Source: Chiloscyllium plagiosum (Eukaryota). Taken from it: a DNA stretch of 64,000 bases. Shown here piece by piece: positions 13,173-26,129 of this stretch; position 1 is the stretch's first letter, and every line of letters begins with the position of its first letter. The notes under the pieces were generated by a model, which worked only from the letters and a program-made list of their open reading frames with translations, was not told the DNA's origin and searched no databases. The position numbers were made by a program, and so were the translations under genes. The stretch lies in the NCBI RefSeq assembly GCF_004010195.1, contig NC_057750.1:9065642-9129641 (forward strand), read 5' to 3'.

Positions 13173-13644
13173 CCCAGGACGGATGCTGGCCTTGCTCTGT
13201 AGTCACGCTGTGGGGGTGGGGAGTGATGGGGAGGGCTGTCTGCTTGAGGGTCTTGTCACCCCACCCCCGTTAATAGCAGGTGCCACCCTTCCTGCTTCCC
13301 CCAACCCGGAGGGGGCTGCCGGGGGGAAAGAGAGGTTTGACTTGAAATTGTTTGTACAGGGCAAGTGAGACAGGTCAGGTCCAGTTTGTCATTTGCCATT
13401 GGTACTGCTCTTTTCCGTTCTGGGATCGCACTGTGCAGGATCTCCCGAGGAGGTCCAACCCCTGCCCTCCCACGTGAAGCGGTTGGGCACATCTCGGCCT
13501 GGTCCATGGAGGGGAGAGAAGATGGCGCCTAACTATCCCGAGCTGTGGGAATACAGAAATAACGAATTCCTGGCCCAATCTCTCTGGTGCTTCTGTTAGA
13601 TTTTTGGCTCCTTCCTCAGTTTCAGGATTGGCAATCAGTCAACA

Positions 13645-14990
13645 GCGCAAAGTGCAATGATCCTCTCAGTCTCAGGCTCACTGCAGTGCTCCAGTGAAAC
13701 TCAGAGCAAGCTGGGAGAATAGCTCCTCATTTTCCACTTGGGGACCCTGCAGCCTTCAGGTCTTGATTATCGAGTTCAACAGTTGTAGGGCCTGAATCTC
13801 TTGTTCCATCTCCTTTACCCACCCCCACAGCCCAGGCCATAGCAGGATAGCAGGATGAATTTAGCACATTATCAGCTGTAGTTTCTCCCATAGTCACCAT
13901 TATCCATCTCTTCGGCTGCCTTGCTTGCGCTCTCTCTCTCTCTCTCTCTCACTCTCTCGGTCTCGCTCTCTTGGTCTTACCCTCTCCCTGGGCTCTGTCT
14001 CCAACAATCATTTACCTCCCACGTCGTCTTCAGCATATACACCACCCTTTCCCCAGCAACAATCAGTTCTGGGCAGCACAGTGGCTCACTGCTGCCTCAT
14101 GGCGCCAGAGACGCAGGTTTGATTCCACCCTCGGGCAACTGTCTCTGTGGCATTTGCACATTCTCCCCGTGTCTGTCTCCAACAATCATTTACCTCCCAC
14201 GTCGTCTTCAGCATATACACCACCCTTTCCCCAGCAACAATCAGTTCTGGGCAGCACAGTGGCTCACTGCTGCCTCATGGCACCAGAGACGCAGGTTTGA
14301 TTCCACCCTCGGGCAACTGTCTCTGTGGCATTTGCACATTCTCCCTGTGTCTGCGTGGGTTTCCTCCGGGTGCTCTGGTTTCCTCCCACAGTCCAAAGAT
14401 GTGCAGATTAGGGTGGATTGGCCATACTAAATTTCTCTGTTGTGTCCAGGGATATGTGGGTTAGCCATGGGAAATGCAGGGTTCTGGAGATAGAGCAGGG
14501 GGCCTGGATGCTCTTTGGAGGGGGTGGCGTGGACTCGATGGGCTGAATGACCTGCTTCTGCATTGTAGGGGATTGTAAAAGGGCTCACCGGCCTTGAAAG
14601 GTTGACCCTGCTTTCTCTGCGTGGATGCTGCCCTGACCTTTTATATTTTTAGTTTTCGTTCACGGGATATGAGCACGTCTGGCTGGGCCAGCATTTATTG
14701 GTCAGCTGTCCGGAGAAATGTCGAGGGGCGACCAGATCACTGTGGGCCTGTAGTCACATGTAGGCCAGACAGGGTAACGACGGCAGATTTCCCTCCCTGA
14801 AGGACATTAGTGGACTGGATCATAATGGCCATTAGACTATTAATTCCAGAACTTTGTTTAAAATAAAAATTGAAACCAAATGCCACCATCTGCTAAGACG
14901 GCAATTGAACCCAGGGTCTCTGGGTTAATAGTCTCGCAACAATACCACCAGGCTATCTCCTGCTGAGTTTCCCCAGCTATTTCTGCCTTT
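13645..14990 (+). mobile_element. Decayed Penelope-like 3' region with nested HE1 SINE (about 14068-14575, +) and family-2 SINE (about 14650-14955, -)
   Basis: LQCSSETQSKL..LLIFHLGTLQPSGL at about 13680-13765; Penelope tail gatgctgccctgacct | cctgctgagtttccccagc split by the SINE. Confidence 0.65.
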
Positions 14991-17050
14991 GTGTTCCCTC
15001 ATCTCCTCCCCCTACACGCTCTCACATCAGCAGATGGGGTGTTATTTTTTGTGTGTGTGCGTGCGTATATATTCGTTCTCCTGTCAAGACAGCTTGTCTC
15101 TCATGTGACCGCGGCAGATGTAGATGAAAGGATTCTTTTCAGCCTCCCAGAGCTGAAGAGAGATTACGCCACCGATTCTCAAATCAGAATTGTGAATGGA
15201 TTGAGCTCCCATGGCGACAATGAGCAAAGCTGCATTTGGCCTTCTCCCACAGGCCTCAAGCCTCTACTCTCACTCTCCCTCCTTCCCTCCCTCCCTCCCA
15301 GCAACAGCAAGCTTGCCTCAAATGAAGAGATATCGATTTTCTTTTATACTATCATCCTCGCCGACTATCCCCGCCCATCGCCCCTCCCCCACCACCCCCC
15401 AATCACAGCCCTTTGTGACCCCCTTTTCACCTTTTTTCGGAGTGACGGCCCTGTTGCCAAGGTGCTGAGCACAGCCTGCTCCTCCTCCACGTAGCGCCTG
15501 GCATCTTCTCAGGGACATCCTCTCTCTTGCCCTCCCCACCCCCACTCCGAAATTCTGCAGCGGCCTTCAAAGCCTGCTAAGCCACTACCGTCAAGCAAAA
15601 GGTGTGCCTGTCATCTGGGGCGCACAGCAGGATCCCACAAACTGCGACGGCAGTGACACAGCCCCCCAGATCGTTTTCTGTCTTACTTCCCACCTCTTTC
15701 CCCCCCCCACCCTCTTGTTTGGCTTGATGTTGGTGAAGGGGGAGGGGAATGTTGGAGGGGGTGGGGAGATGGTGAAGTTGGTTGCGATGTGGGAATTGGT
15801 CCCTGGATACTAGGGAATTTTTCAGGGAATGGTACAGAAGGAGGCCATTTTTCCCATCTGTGCTGGCTCTCTGCACCATGATCTGTTCTGTCATTTCAAA
15901 GTGTCGCTTCAAGATCTTTCCTGGCCATGTGCGTGGCCTTACCTGGGAAATAGCACCTCCGACAGTGCAGCTCACCCTCTGTAAGGTGCTGGGAGTGCTG
16001 GGCTACATTTTTGTCATGGGTTTCAAACCTCCTGACTTAGAGGGGAGAGTCATCCACTACACCACACGCTCGCTGCTGAGTCCACTGTTGTTTATCATTT
16101 ATGTAACTGATTTGGATGAGGATATAGGAGGCACAGTTGGCGGATGACACCAAAATTGGTGGTATACTGGACAGTGAAGGTTATCTATGATTACAAAGGG
16201 ATCTTGATCAACTGGGCCATAAGCCAAGGAGTTTAATTCTGATAGAATTGAGCCATTTGGCCCAACAAGTCCACACTGACACTCCAAAGAGTATCCCACC
16301 CCCCTTCCTTTTTTTTTACCCCTGACTAATGCACCTAACCTACACATCCCTGAACACTGTGGGGTAATTTAGCACAGCCAATTCATCCTAACCTGCCCAA
16401 TATGGGGTAATTTAGCATGGCCAATTCACCCTCACCTGCACATCTTTGGACTATGGGAGGAAACCGGAGCACCCGGAGGAAACCCACACAGACACGGGGA
16501 GAATGTGCAAACTCCACACGGAGAGGGAGAGAGGAAGAGAGAGTAGGAGAGAGAGAGAGAGGGGAGGGAGAGAGGTAGAGAGAGCGAGAGAGAGGGGAAG
16601 GGACAAGGAGAGGGGGAGGGGGAGACAGAGAGCGAAAGAGAGAATACAAAGACTGTAAAGGTGCTGGAGAAACTCTGAAGGAGGCTGAGTGGTGTCTACA
16701 TAGAGAATTATAAAATTATGAGGGGCATGGAAAGGGTAAATACTCAGGAACTTGTGTAAACCCACCACCTTCTTTTGTATCTGTGAAATCTTCCTGTTTT
16801 GACAGCCTGATAACTTTGTGATGATCTCTCTACCTTAATTAGTTTGTAGAGTTTTGGATTACTTATTCTTTTGGTTAGACCCTCAGGAGGTGACCCTTAT
16901 CCCTATCGTATTATTTCAGCCATTTGGTTTGTTTCCAGCAGCCCCTTGTTTTTAATTTCTCTCTGCCTCAATTGATTGGTCATCCCTTCACCGGCTTTCA
17001 GCTGTTGACACTCACACTGTCTGACATTTTTGGTCACCTGCAGAGATTTT

Positions 17051-17372
17051 AAGATTAGATTAGATTCCCTACAGTGTGGAAACAGGCCCTTCGGCCCAAC
17101 CAGTCCAGACTGACCCTCCGAAGAGTGACCCACCCAGACCCGTTTCCCTCTGACTAATGCACCTAACACTACGGGTAATTTAGCATGGCCAATTCACCAA
17201 ACCTGCACATTTTTGGACTGTGGGAGGAAACCGGAGCACCCGGAGGAAACCCACGCAGACACGGGGCGAATGTGCAAACACCACATAGACAGTCACCCGA
17301 GAGTGGAATCGAACCAAGTCCCTGCCGCTGGGAGGCAGCAGTGCTAACCAATGAGCCACCGTGCCACCCCAA
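17051..17372 (-). mobile_element. Full-length HE1-type V-SINE
   Basis: Reverse complement of ggcacggtggctca..gttagcactgctgcctc..gtgtctgcgtgggtttcctccgggtgctccggtttcctcccacagtccaaa..gggccgaagggcctgtttccacactgtagggaatctaatct. Confidence 0.92.
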
Positions 17373-17379
17373 TAACTGA

Positions 17380-18372
17380 GAGGTGTTGCATTTCCATAAG
17401 TCAAATCAGGGCAGGATTTGCACTGTTAATGGTGGGGCCCTGGGGAGTGTTATCCATCAGAGACACTTTCTCGCTCAGCTACATAGTTTCCTCAATGTGG
17501 CCTCACAGCTGGACAGGGTGGTGAAGGTGGCGTTTAGCTCGCTTGCCTTTACCCAGTCAGCGCATTGCGTATAGGAGTTGGGACGTCATGTTGTGGCTGG
17601 ACATGACGTTGGTGAGGCCACATTTGGAACACTGTGTGCAACTCCGGTCGCCCGGCTACAGGAAGGATGTTATTACCTGGAGAGGGTTCAGAAACCATTT
17701 ACCAGGATGTTGCCAGGAAAAGGAAGGTTTGAGTTATAAGGAGAAACTGGATAGGCCGGGACTTGTATCCCTGGAGTGTTGGAGGCTGAGGGGTGTGTAT
17801 AAAATCATGAGGGGCAGAGGTGAGGTGAATAGTCAAGGCCTTTTCCCCAGGGTAGGGGAGTCCAAAACAAGATTAGATTACTTAGTGTGGAAACAGGCCC
17901 TTCGGCCCAGCAAGTCCACACTGACCCTCCACCCACACCCATTCCCCTACAGCACGGGCAATTGAGCATGGCCAATTCACCTAACCTGCAGGAAACCCAC
18001 ACAGACACAGGGAGAATATGCAAACTCCACACAGACAGTCACCTGAGACTGGAATTGAACTTGGGACCCTGATGCTGTGAGGCAGCAGTGCTAACCACTG
18101 AGCCACCGTGCCACGCTAAGGATGAGAGGGGAAAGATTTAAAAGAGACTTGGAGGGGGGAATCGTTTATTCACGCAGAGGGTGATGCTTGTGTGGAACGA
18201 GCTGCCAGAGGAAGTGGTGGAGGCTGGTATAGTGACAACATTGAAAGGATATTTGGATAGGAAAGGTTTAGAGGGGTATGGACTGGCAAATGGGACTGGT
18301 GCAGTCTAGGAAACCTGGTTGGCATGGACGAGTTGGGCCGAAGGGTCAGTTTCAGTGCTGTATGACTCTGAG
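17380..18372 (+). mobile_element. CR1/HER1-type LINE 3' part interrupted by HE1 (about 17868-18115, -)
   Basis: TLVRPHLEHCVQ, YRKDV, GLSYKEKL, VYKIMRG; CR1 tail ending ctgtatgactct. Confidence 0.85.
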
Positions 18373-18884
18373 ACACTGTCATAGCTGTGGAATCTTGGTG
18401 ATGAATCATGGAAATGTATTGAGCGCTGGTGTGTGAGCCTGAACAGGTGGGCAATGTCCAGCAGGAGGCAGTGGTTCATAACCAGGACCTACCTGGACTT
18501 GTTCCTGATCAGGGACTCAAACCGATGGTAAACCTCATGCCAATTTGGTATAAGTGTGGGGTCAGACACACCACCTGCAGCAGTCTGAACGATTCTGTAC
18601 CAGGACCAGGTTAGGAGGGGATGGTTAACCCCCGGGTCCAGGGCAGGAGGTAGGCAGTTCATGTGGAATTTATTCTGAAATTCATTCTCTGGGTGCAGAT
18701 GTTTCTGACCAGGCTGTAATGAATGTTTCACACTGGGAGAGTGATTGTGAGTCTTTGTTCCCCTCCTTGGATAATGTGGAGCTTCATCAGCGCTCGAGAA
18801 GCTCAACACCAGCCAGAACAAAGCAGCCCACTCCATCAGCCTCAGCACCCCCACCCCTGCCCACCCTCCACCCCCGGCCCCCGC

Positions 18885-19492
18885 NNNNNNNNNNNNNNNN
18901 NNNNNNNNNNNNNNNNNNNNNNNNNNNNNNNNNNNNNNNNNNNNNNNNNNNNNNNNNNNNNNNNNNNNNNNNNNNNNNNNNNNNNNNNNNNNNNNNNNNN
19001 NNNNNNNNNNNNNNNNNNNNNNNNNNNNNNNNNNNNNNNNNNNNNNNNNNNNNNNNNNNNNNNNNNNNNNNNNNNNNNNNNNNNNNNNNNNNNNNNNNNN
19101 NNNNNNNNNNNNNNNNNNNNNNNNNNNNNNNNNNNNNNNNNNNNNNNNNNNNNNNNNNNNNNNNNNNNNNNNNNNNNNNNNNNNNNNNNNNNNNNNNNNN
19201 NNNNNNNNNNNNNNNNNNNNNNNNNNNNNNNNNNNNNNNNNNNNNNNNNNNNNNNNNNNNNNNNNNNNNNNNNNNNNNNNNNNNNNNNNNNNNNNNNNNN
19301 NNNNNNNNNNNNNNNNNNNNNNNNNNNNNNNNNNNNNNNNNNNNNNNNNNNNNNNNNNNNNNNNNNNNNNNNNNNNNNNNNNNNNNNNNNNNNNNNNNNN
19401 NNNNNNNNNNNNNNNNNNNNNNNNNNNNNNNNNNNNNNNNNNNNNNNNNNNNNNNNNNNNNNNNNNNNNNNNNNNNNNNNNNNNNNNNNNNN
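18885..19492. other. Assembly gap (608 N)
   Basis: Run of N. Confidence 1.
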
Positions 19493-20211
19493 ACCTCCTT
19501 CACCTCCTTCACCATCCCCCCATCCCCCCTTCACCATCCCCCACCCTCCTCACACCCCCTTCACCACCACCCCAACCCCCCACATCTCCTTCACCATCCT
19601 CCTGCAGGTTAAGAAGGAGCCAGAGAGTCGAACATGGGGGCCAGACAGGAGTGCATCAGGACAGTTAGATTGTCAGGAAACGCCAGAGGAAGTGGTGGAG
19701 GCTGGTACAATCACCGCATTCAAAAGGCATCTGGATGGGAACATGAAGAGGAGGGGTATGGAGGGATATGGGCCAAGTGCTGGCAAGTGATTAGGTTGGG
19801 ATGTCTGGTCAGCATGGACGAGTTGGACTGAAGAGTCTGTTTCTCATGCTCCCCATCCCTATGACTCTAAACAAAGGCACAAATTAATGGTTTGATTGCA
19901 AAGACGTCCTTTGTACCATCTACGTTTTTGATCTAAAATGTATAACCAGTTGGGGAGATGTGATATTCACTTCACTGTCCCCAACCGAACAGGTCCTGGT
20001 GTAAACATCCCCAGCTGTTTATTTAGAACATAGAGCGTGGAACATCACTGCCCATTCTTCACATGTCAGTAAGATGTTACTGCAGGGGCTACAGTGACGT
20101 TAACCCAGCACCTCCCCCACGTGATATCCACATGAGACACTTGACAACGGTGAGGACTTTAAGAGGCTGCCCCTCAGTGATGAGTCAGCATTCAGTAGAT
20201 TCCCCAATCAC

Positions 20212-20331
20212 TGACGAGAGTGTGGCGCTGGAAAAGCACAGCAGGTCAGGCAGCATCCGAGGTGCTGTACTTTTCCAGCACCACACTCTCGACTCTGATC
20301 TCCTCCAGCATCTACAGTGCTCACTTTCTCC
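20212..20331 (+). mobile_element. Penelope-derived micro-element (family A) with inverted 5' arm
   Basis: gagagtgtggcgctggaaaagcacagca pairs with tgctgtacttttccagcaccacactctc; family 3' end cactttctcc; imperfect flanking repeat tagattcccca/tagatccca. Confidence 0.7.
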
Positions 20332-20459
20332 TAGATCCCAAAGTGCTGAAACAGTCCAAAGCTGGGACCTGGATTTGCACTGACTGAAATGGAGAGTGGG
20401 GGTATTCACAGATTCATTTACCCTCAAATTTGCACCCACACTGGGGTGGCACTGTTTGG

Positions 20460-22130
20460 GAGCGAGTTACTGACCGGAATCTAATTGAGGGGCTCGGGGT
20501 GGCTGTGGGTGGGGGGGGGTAACATATGGAATAGGAGTTACAAACTGGAATCTGATCGAGGAGTTCAGGGTGGGGGTTTATATATAGAATAACAGATACC
20601 CGGGAGGGAGTTACAAATGGGAATCGAATCAAGAGGTTTGGGGGGGTTTATATATAGAATAACAGATACCCGGGAGTGAGTTACAGACTGGAATCTAATT
20701 GAGGGGTTCAGGGGGTTTATATATAAAATAACAGATACCCGGGAGTGAGTTACTTACGGGAATCGAATCAAGAGGTTTGGGGGGGTTTATATATAGAATA
20801 ACAGATACCCGGGAGTGAGTTACAGACTGGAATCTAATTGAGAGGTTCAGGGGGTTTATATATAAAATAACAGATACCCGGGAGTGAGTTACAGACTGGA
20901 ATCTAATCGAGGGTTTGGGGGGTTATATATAAAATAACAGATACCCTGGAGTGAGTTACAGACTAGAATCTAATCAAGGGTTCAGGGGGTTTATATATAG
21001 AATAACAGATACTCGGGAGTGAGTTACAGACTGGAATCTAATTGAGGGGTTCAGGGGGTTTATATATAAAATAACAGATACCCGGGAGTGAGTTACTGAC
21101 GGGAAGCGAATCAAGAGGTTTGGGGGGGTTTATATATAGAATAACAGATACCCGGGAGTGAGTTACTGACGGGAAGCGAATCAAGAGGTTTGGGGGGGTT
21201 TATATATAGAATAACAGATACCCGGGAGTGAGTTACTGACGGGAAGCGAATCAAGAGGTTTGGGGGGGTTTATATATAGAATAACAGATACCCGGGAGTG
21301 AGTTACTGACGGGAAGCGAATCAAGAGGTTTGGGGGGGTTTATATATAGAATAACAGATACCCGGGAGTGAGTTACTGACGGGAAGCGAATCAAGAGGTT
21401 TGGGGGGGTTTATATATAGAATAACAGATACCCGGGAGTGAGTTACTGACGGGAAGCGAATCAAGAGGTTTGGGGGGGTTTATATATAGAATAACAGATA
21501 CCCGGGAGTGAGTTACTGACGGGAAGCGAATCAAGAGGTTTGGGGGGGTTTATATATAGAATAACAGATACCCGGGAGTGAGTTACTGACGGGAAGCGAA
21601 TCAAGAGGTTTGGGGGGGTTTATATATAGAATAACAGATACCCGGGAGTGAGTTACTGACGGGAAGCGAATCAAGAGGTTTGGGGGGGTTTATATATAGA
21701 ATAACAGATACCCGGGAGTGAGTTACTGACGGGAAGCGAATCAAGAGGTTTGGGGGGGTTTATATATAGAATAACAGATACCCGGGAGTGAGTTACTGAC
21801 GGGAAGCGAATCAAGAGGTTTGGGGGGGTTTATATATAGAATAACAGATACCCGGGAGTGAGTTACTGACGGGAAGCGAATCAAGAGGTTTGGGGGGGTT
21901 TATATATAGAATAACAGATACCCGGGAGTGAGTTACTGACGGGAAGCGAATCAAGAGGTTTGGGGGGGTTTATATATAGAATAACAGATACCCGGGAGTG
22001 AGTTACTGACGGGAAGCGAATCAAGAGGTTTGGGGGGGTTTATATATAGAATAACAGATACCCGGGAGTGAGTTACTGACGGGAAGCGAATCAAGAGGTT
22101 TGGGGGGGTTTATATATAGAATAACAGATA
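20460..22130 (+). repeat. About 70-bp tandem array (about 24 units); 21061-22130 is 15 near-identical units
   Basis: Unit tatatatagaataacagatacccgggagtgagttactgacgggaagcgaatcaagaggtttgggggggtt, period exactly 70 from 21061 to 22111. Confidence 0.97.
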
Positions 22131-23685
22131 CTATCTCTCTGCCTCTCCCTCCCTGTGTCTCTATCTCGCTCTCTCTCCGTGTCTCTATCTCTCTGCCTTT
22201 CTCTCCCTGTGTCTCTGTCTCTCTCTCTCCCCCATTCTCTCTCTCTCCCCCATTCTCTCTCTCTCCCTCTCCCGTTTTTTCTCTCTTTCATTCTCTTTCT
22301 CATTCTCTTTTTCTCTCTCCCTCTCAACTATCTCTGTCTCTCATTCTTTTTCTCTCTGTCCCTCTGCCATTGTCTGTCTCTCCCTCTCCTATATTTCTCT
22401 CTCTCTCTTCCCCTCTCCCATTCCATCTCTCTCTCCCTCGCTCCCTCCATTCCCTTGCTTTGATGATGTTAATGGAAGTGACAGGTGAATTTGAAGCTGG
22501 GCTCTTTCTTTGCTGCAGGCAGGTTTTGGCTGCTCCTTCACGTTCTGCTCTCCTCAAAAAACCCTCCAATGAGCTCCCATCCCAAGCAGCTTCAGTTAAG
22601 CAGGAATGAAGCAAACAGACAGCCATAAAAGCTGACAGCTATGACAATAATACTGCAGAAAGCGAGTCCTGTTTGTGGTACCTGACTGTATCTGAGAGCA
22701 GGGCCCTCTTGTAGGTGCAGACTTGTAGGAAGATGACACACTCTGAGCAGCATTGGCCATCGGTAGCGTTCAGCATTTCAAAAGCAGCTCCCTTTTTCTA
22801 AAGTATTGTCAAGCGATTGCTGTTGTCTATTTCTCAGTTTCTGGTTGAAAGTGCAGAGTCAGCACTTGGACATTTGTGTCCATGGGACGCAGAGAGAAGC
22901 CTGTTACAGCTAGGCACAAATCGCCAAATACTCGAGACCCAGCACTGCCAATGTGTCAGCTCTGTCCGGGCCTTCATGCACCAGTAGAGCCTGGCCTTGT
23001 AGTGACAGCCTCTAAGACTGGTCATGGCCATACTAATGGGATCACCTTTGTTGCATTTAGCCTTCCCTGATCGTAAAGGAGGGAGATGGACAGATTTGGA
23101 ATTCTGCGGGAATGAGCTGTTCCCTTGAGATCCCCAACCGTGTCAGGCAAAAGGCCCAATGCTAAAGTACAGAAACACCGAACGATAGTAACTCGAGGTG
23201 TGGGTGTGTGGGGGGGGTTGGGGTGGGGGTTCACAATTTCAAGACTGACAGCAAGAGAAGTGAGATGAGAAGAGGTGTTTGGATTTGGAATGCAGTGCCT
23301 GGGGGATGGTTGGAGATTCCGAAAGAGAGCTGGATATATATTTGAAAGGGATGAGGTTAGAGGGCTACAGACATAGGGCTGGAGAGTGGGACCAGCTGGG
23401 CAGCTCTTTTGGGAAACAATAGGATAATATAGAAGCAGGGAGGTTGTTCCCACTGGTGGGTGAAACTAGAACTGTGGGGCATAGCGTCAACATAAGGGGG
23501 AGCAGATTTCGGACTGAGCTGAGGGGGAACTTCTTCAGCCAGAGGGTTGTGAATCTGTGGAATTCCCCGCCCAGTGAAGCAGGGAATGTTTTTAAGGCAA
23601 AGATAGATTTTTGAACAGTAAAGGGATTAAGGATTATGGTGAGAGTGTGTGTAAGTGGAGCTGAGTTCAGATAAAGATCAACCAC

Positions 23686-24168
23686 AGTCATAGAGGTATA
23701 CAGCACAGAAACAGACTCTTTGGTCCAACTCATCCATGCCACCCAGATAACCTAACCTAATCTAGCCCCACTTGTCAGCACTTGGCCCATATCCCTCCAA
23801 ACCCTTCCTATTCATATACCCATCCAGATGCCTCTTAAATGTTGCAATTGTACCAGCCTCCACCACTTCCTCTGGCAGCTCATTCCATACACACACCATC
23901 CTCTGTGTGAAAAGGTTGCCCCTTAGCTCGTTTTAAAATCTTGCCCCTCTCACCTTAAACCTATGCCCTCTAGTTCTGGACTCCCCCACCCCAGGGAAAA
24001 GACATTGTCTAATTAACTTATCCATGCCCCTCATGATTTTATAAACCTCGATAAGGTCACCCCTCTGCCTCCGACGCTCCAGGGAAAACAGCCCCAGCCT
24101 GTTCAGCCTCTCCCTATGGCTCAAACCCTCCAACCCTGGCAACATCCTTGTAAACCTTTTTTGAACCC
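23686..24168 (-). mobile_element. CR1/HER1-type LINE 3' fragment inserted in an older CR1 (about 23420-23685, +)
   Basis: [48 protein letters not shown]. Confidence 0.9.
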
Positions 24169-24344
24169 TTATGTTCTTACGAGCTACTACAGCCACAATG
24201 GGTCGAATGGCCTCCTTTTGACCTGTAAAGTTCTATCATTCGCTCTGAAAGACGGCACATGAGAGAGCAATGTGTGCTGACACAAAAATGGCCATCAAAA
24301 AGGAACCGGAGAAATACACCATTTTCAGGTCAGTTGGGAGCTAG

Positions 24345-25500
24345 GGTGGTGGTGTACTGATAATGTTACTGGCCTAGTAATCCAATGGATCCAGGGTAAT
24401 GCTCTGGGTCAAATCCCACCATGGCGTCTGGTGGAATTCAATTAATAAATCTGGAATTCAAAGCTATTTTCGATAAATACAATTGTTGTAAAGTCCATAA
24501 TACGTTTATTATTAAACTGGAGAGGGTTCCGAAGAGATTTGCCAGGAATGGGGAGGGGGCTGGCTTTGAGTAATAAGGAGAGGCAGAGACCTTTTTCCCT
24601 GGAGTGTTGGAGGTCGAGGGGTGACCTTATAGATTAGATTCCCTGCAGTGGTCCAACAGTTTCCACACTGACCTTCCATGGAATAACCCAGCCAGACTTA
24701 TTTCCCTACTTTTACCCCTGACTAATGCATCTAACACTATGGGCAATTTAGCATGGCCAATCCACCCTAACCTGCACATCCTTTGGACTGTGGGAGGAAA
24801 CCAGAGCACCCAGAGGAAACCCACACAGACACGGGGAGAATGTGCAAACTCCACACAGACAGTTGCCCGAGGGCGGAATCGAACCTGGGTCCCTGGCGCT
24901 GTGAGGCAGCAGTGCTAACCACTGAGCCACCAAACCACCCTGGTGGGGTTGTAGAGGTTTACAAAATCATGAGGGGCATGGAAAAGGTGAATGGCAAATG
25001 TCTTCTTCATCAGGTGGGGGATTTCAAGACAAGGGGGCATATTTTTAAGATGAGAGCGGAAAGATTTTGAAAAAAAGAGGGACAATTTTTTTACACAGTG
25101 GTTCGTGTGTGCAATGAATTTCCACAGGAAGTGGTGGATATAGGTACAGTTTCAACTTTTAAAAGACATTTGGATAAGTACATGAAGGGGAAAGGTTTGG
25201 AAGGATATGGGCCAAGAGCAGGCAGGTGGGGCTAGTTTAGTTTGGGATTATGGTCAACATGAACTGGTTGGGCCGAAGGGTCTGTTTCCATGCCGAATGA
25301 TTCTACTGGTTCACTAATGCCCTTTAAGGAGGGAAATCTGCCACTCTAAGCCAGTCTGGCTGACACGTGATTCCAGACCCACAGCAAATGTGTTTGACCC
25401 CTCGCTACCATCTGAAATGACCTAATGAACCACAAAGGTCATAGTTATTTTAGGGAAGGTCAATAAATACTGGGCATGCCCGCATCCCCACGAAAGGGTA
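24345..25500 (+). mobile_element. Nested stack: family-2 SINE > CR1 fragment (about 24510-25305, +) > HE1 (about 24630-24935, -)
   Basis: SINE head ggtcaaatcccaccatggc and tail ggttcactaatgccctttaaggagggaaatctgcc are separated by CR1 sequence, itself split at gaccttatag|..|gtagaggtt by HE1. Confidence 0.75.
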
Positions 25501-26129
25501 AAAGCATCCGTCTCTTCTAAAGAGGTAGGATAGATGCCATGGGCCAATGGCCTCCTCCTGCTTTATGTTATTCTCAGATTTAGGGCAGAGAGTCATCGGG
25601 AGCTGGCATTGTTCTCCCTTGAACGGAGAAGGTTAGGGCAACACTTATGAGTGCACAGATTAGCAGGAGTAGGCCACTCTGCCCCTCAAAGTTGGTCTGT
25701 CATTCTGTCATGAAGAGCTGTGGTGGAATGGATGGAGGGAAACTGTTTCCACTGGCTGGCTGTTCGAACTGACGGAAGATAAGTTTTTCTGAGCTGAGAA
25801 TGATCTGGAATGTTCCATCCGCACAGGCGGATTTGGCAAGTTTGGAAAGACCTTCAGGATGAATCCTGCCCGGTTATGGGAAAAAGCAGGAGGAAGGCAG
25901 AAAGTGAGCTGAATCCATTCGAGACAGCCTCTGCTCAGGAGGTAACATTCTCAGCTCGGAGTTAGCAGGTCGAGGTTTCAAGGCCCACTTTTGGAGCGCT
26001 TTGCTGGGACTTTCAGATGAGGTGCGCTCTGGATGGGCAGGTTTTTGCCAGGACACTGGGGAGTCCTCCCTTGGTCTCCTCTTACCAGGGAGATGGGATG
26101 TTTCCCATTCCCAGGAAGCCAAATGAGAG

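Noticed and set aside
18489..18854. ORF with apparent signal peptide (MEWAALFWLVLSFSSA)
   Set aside because: The hydrophobic start is the antisense reading of a LINE fragment (LEKLNTSQNKAA, compare TLKKLDTIQDKAA at 30730-30770).
21061..22130. Possible CRISPR-like array
   Set aside because: Units are identical end to end with no unique spacers; eukaryotic context, no cas genes.
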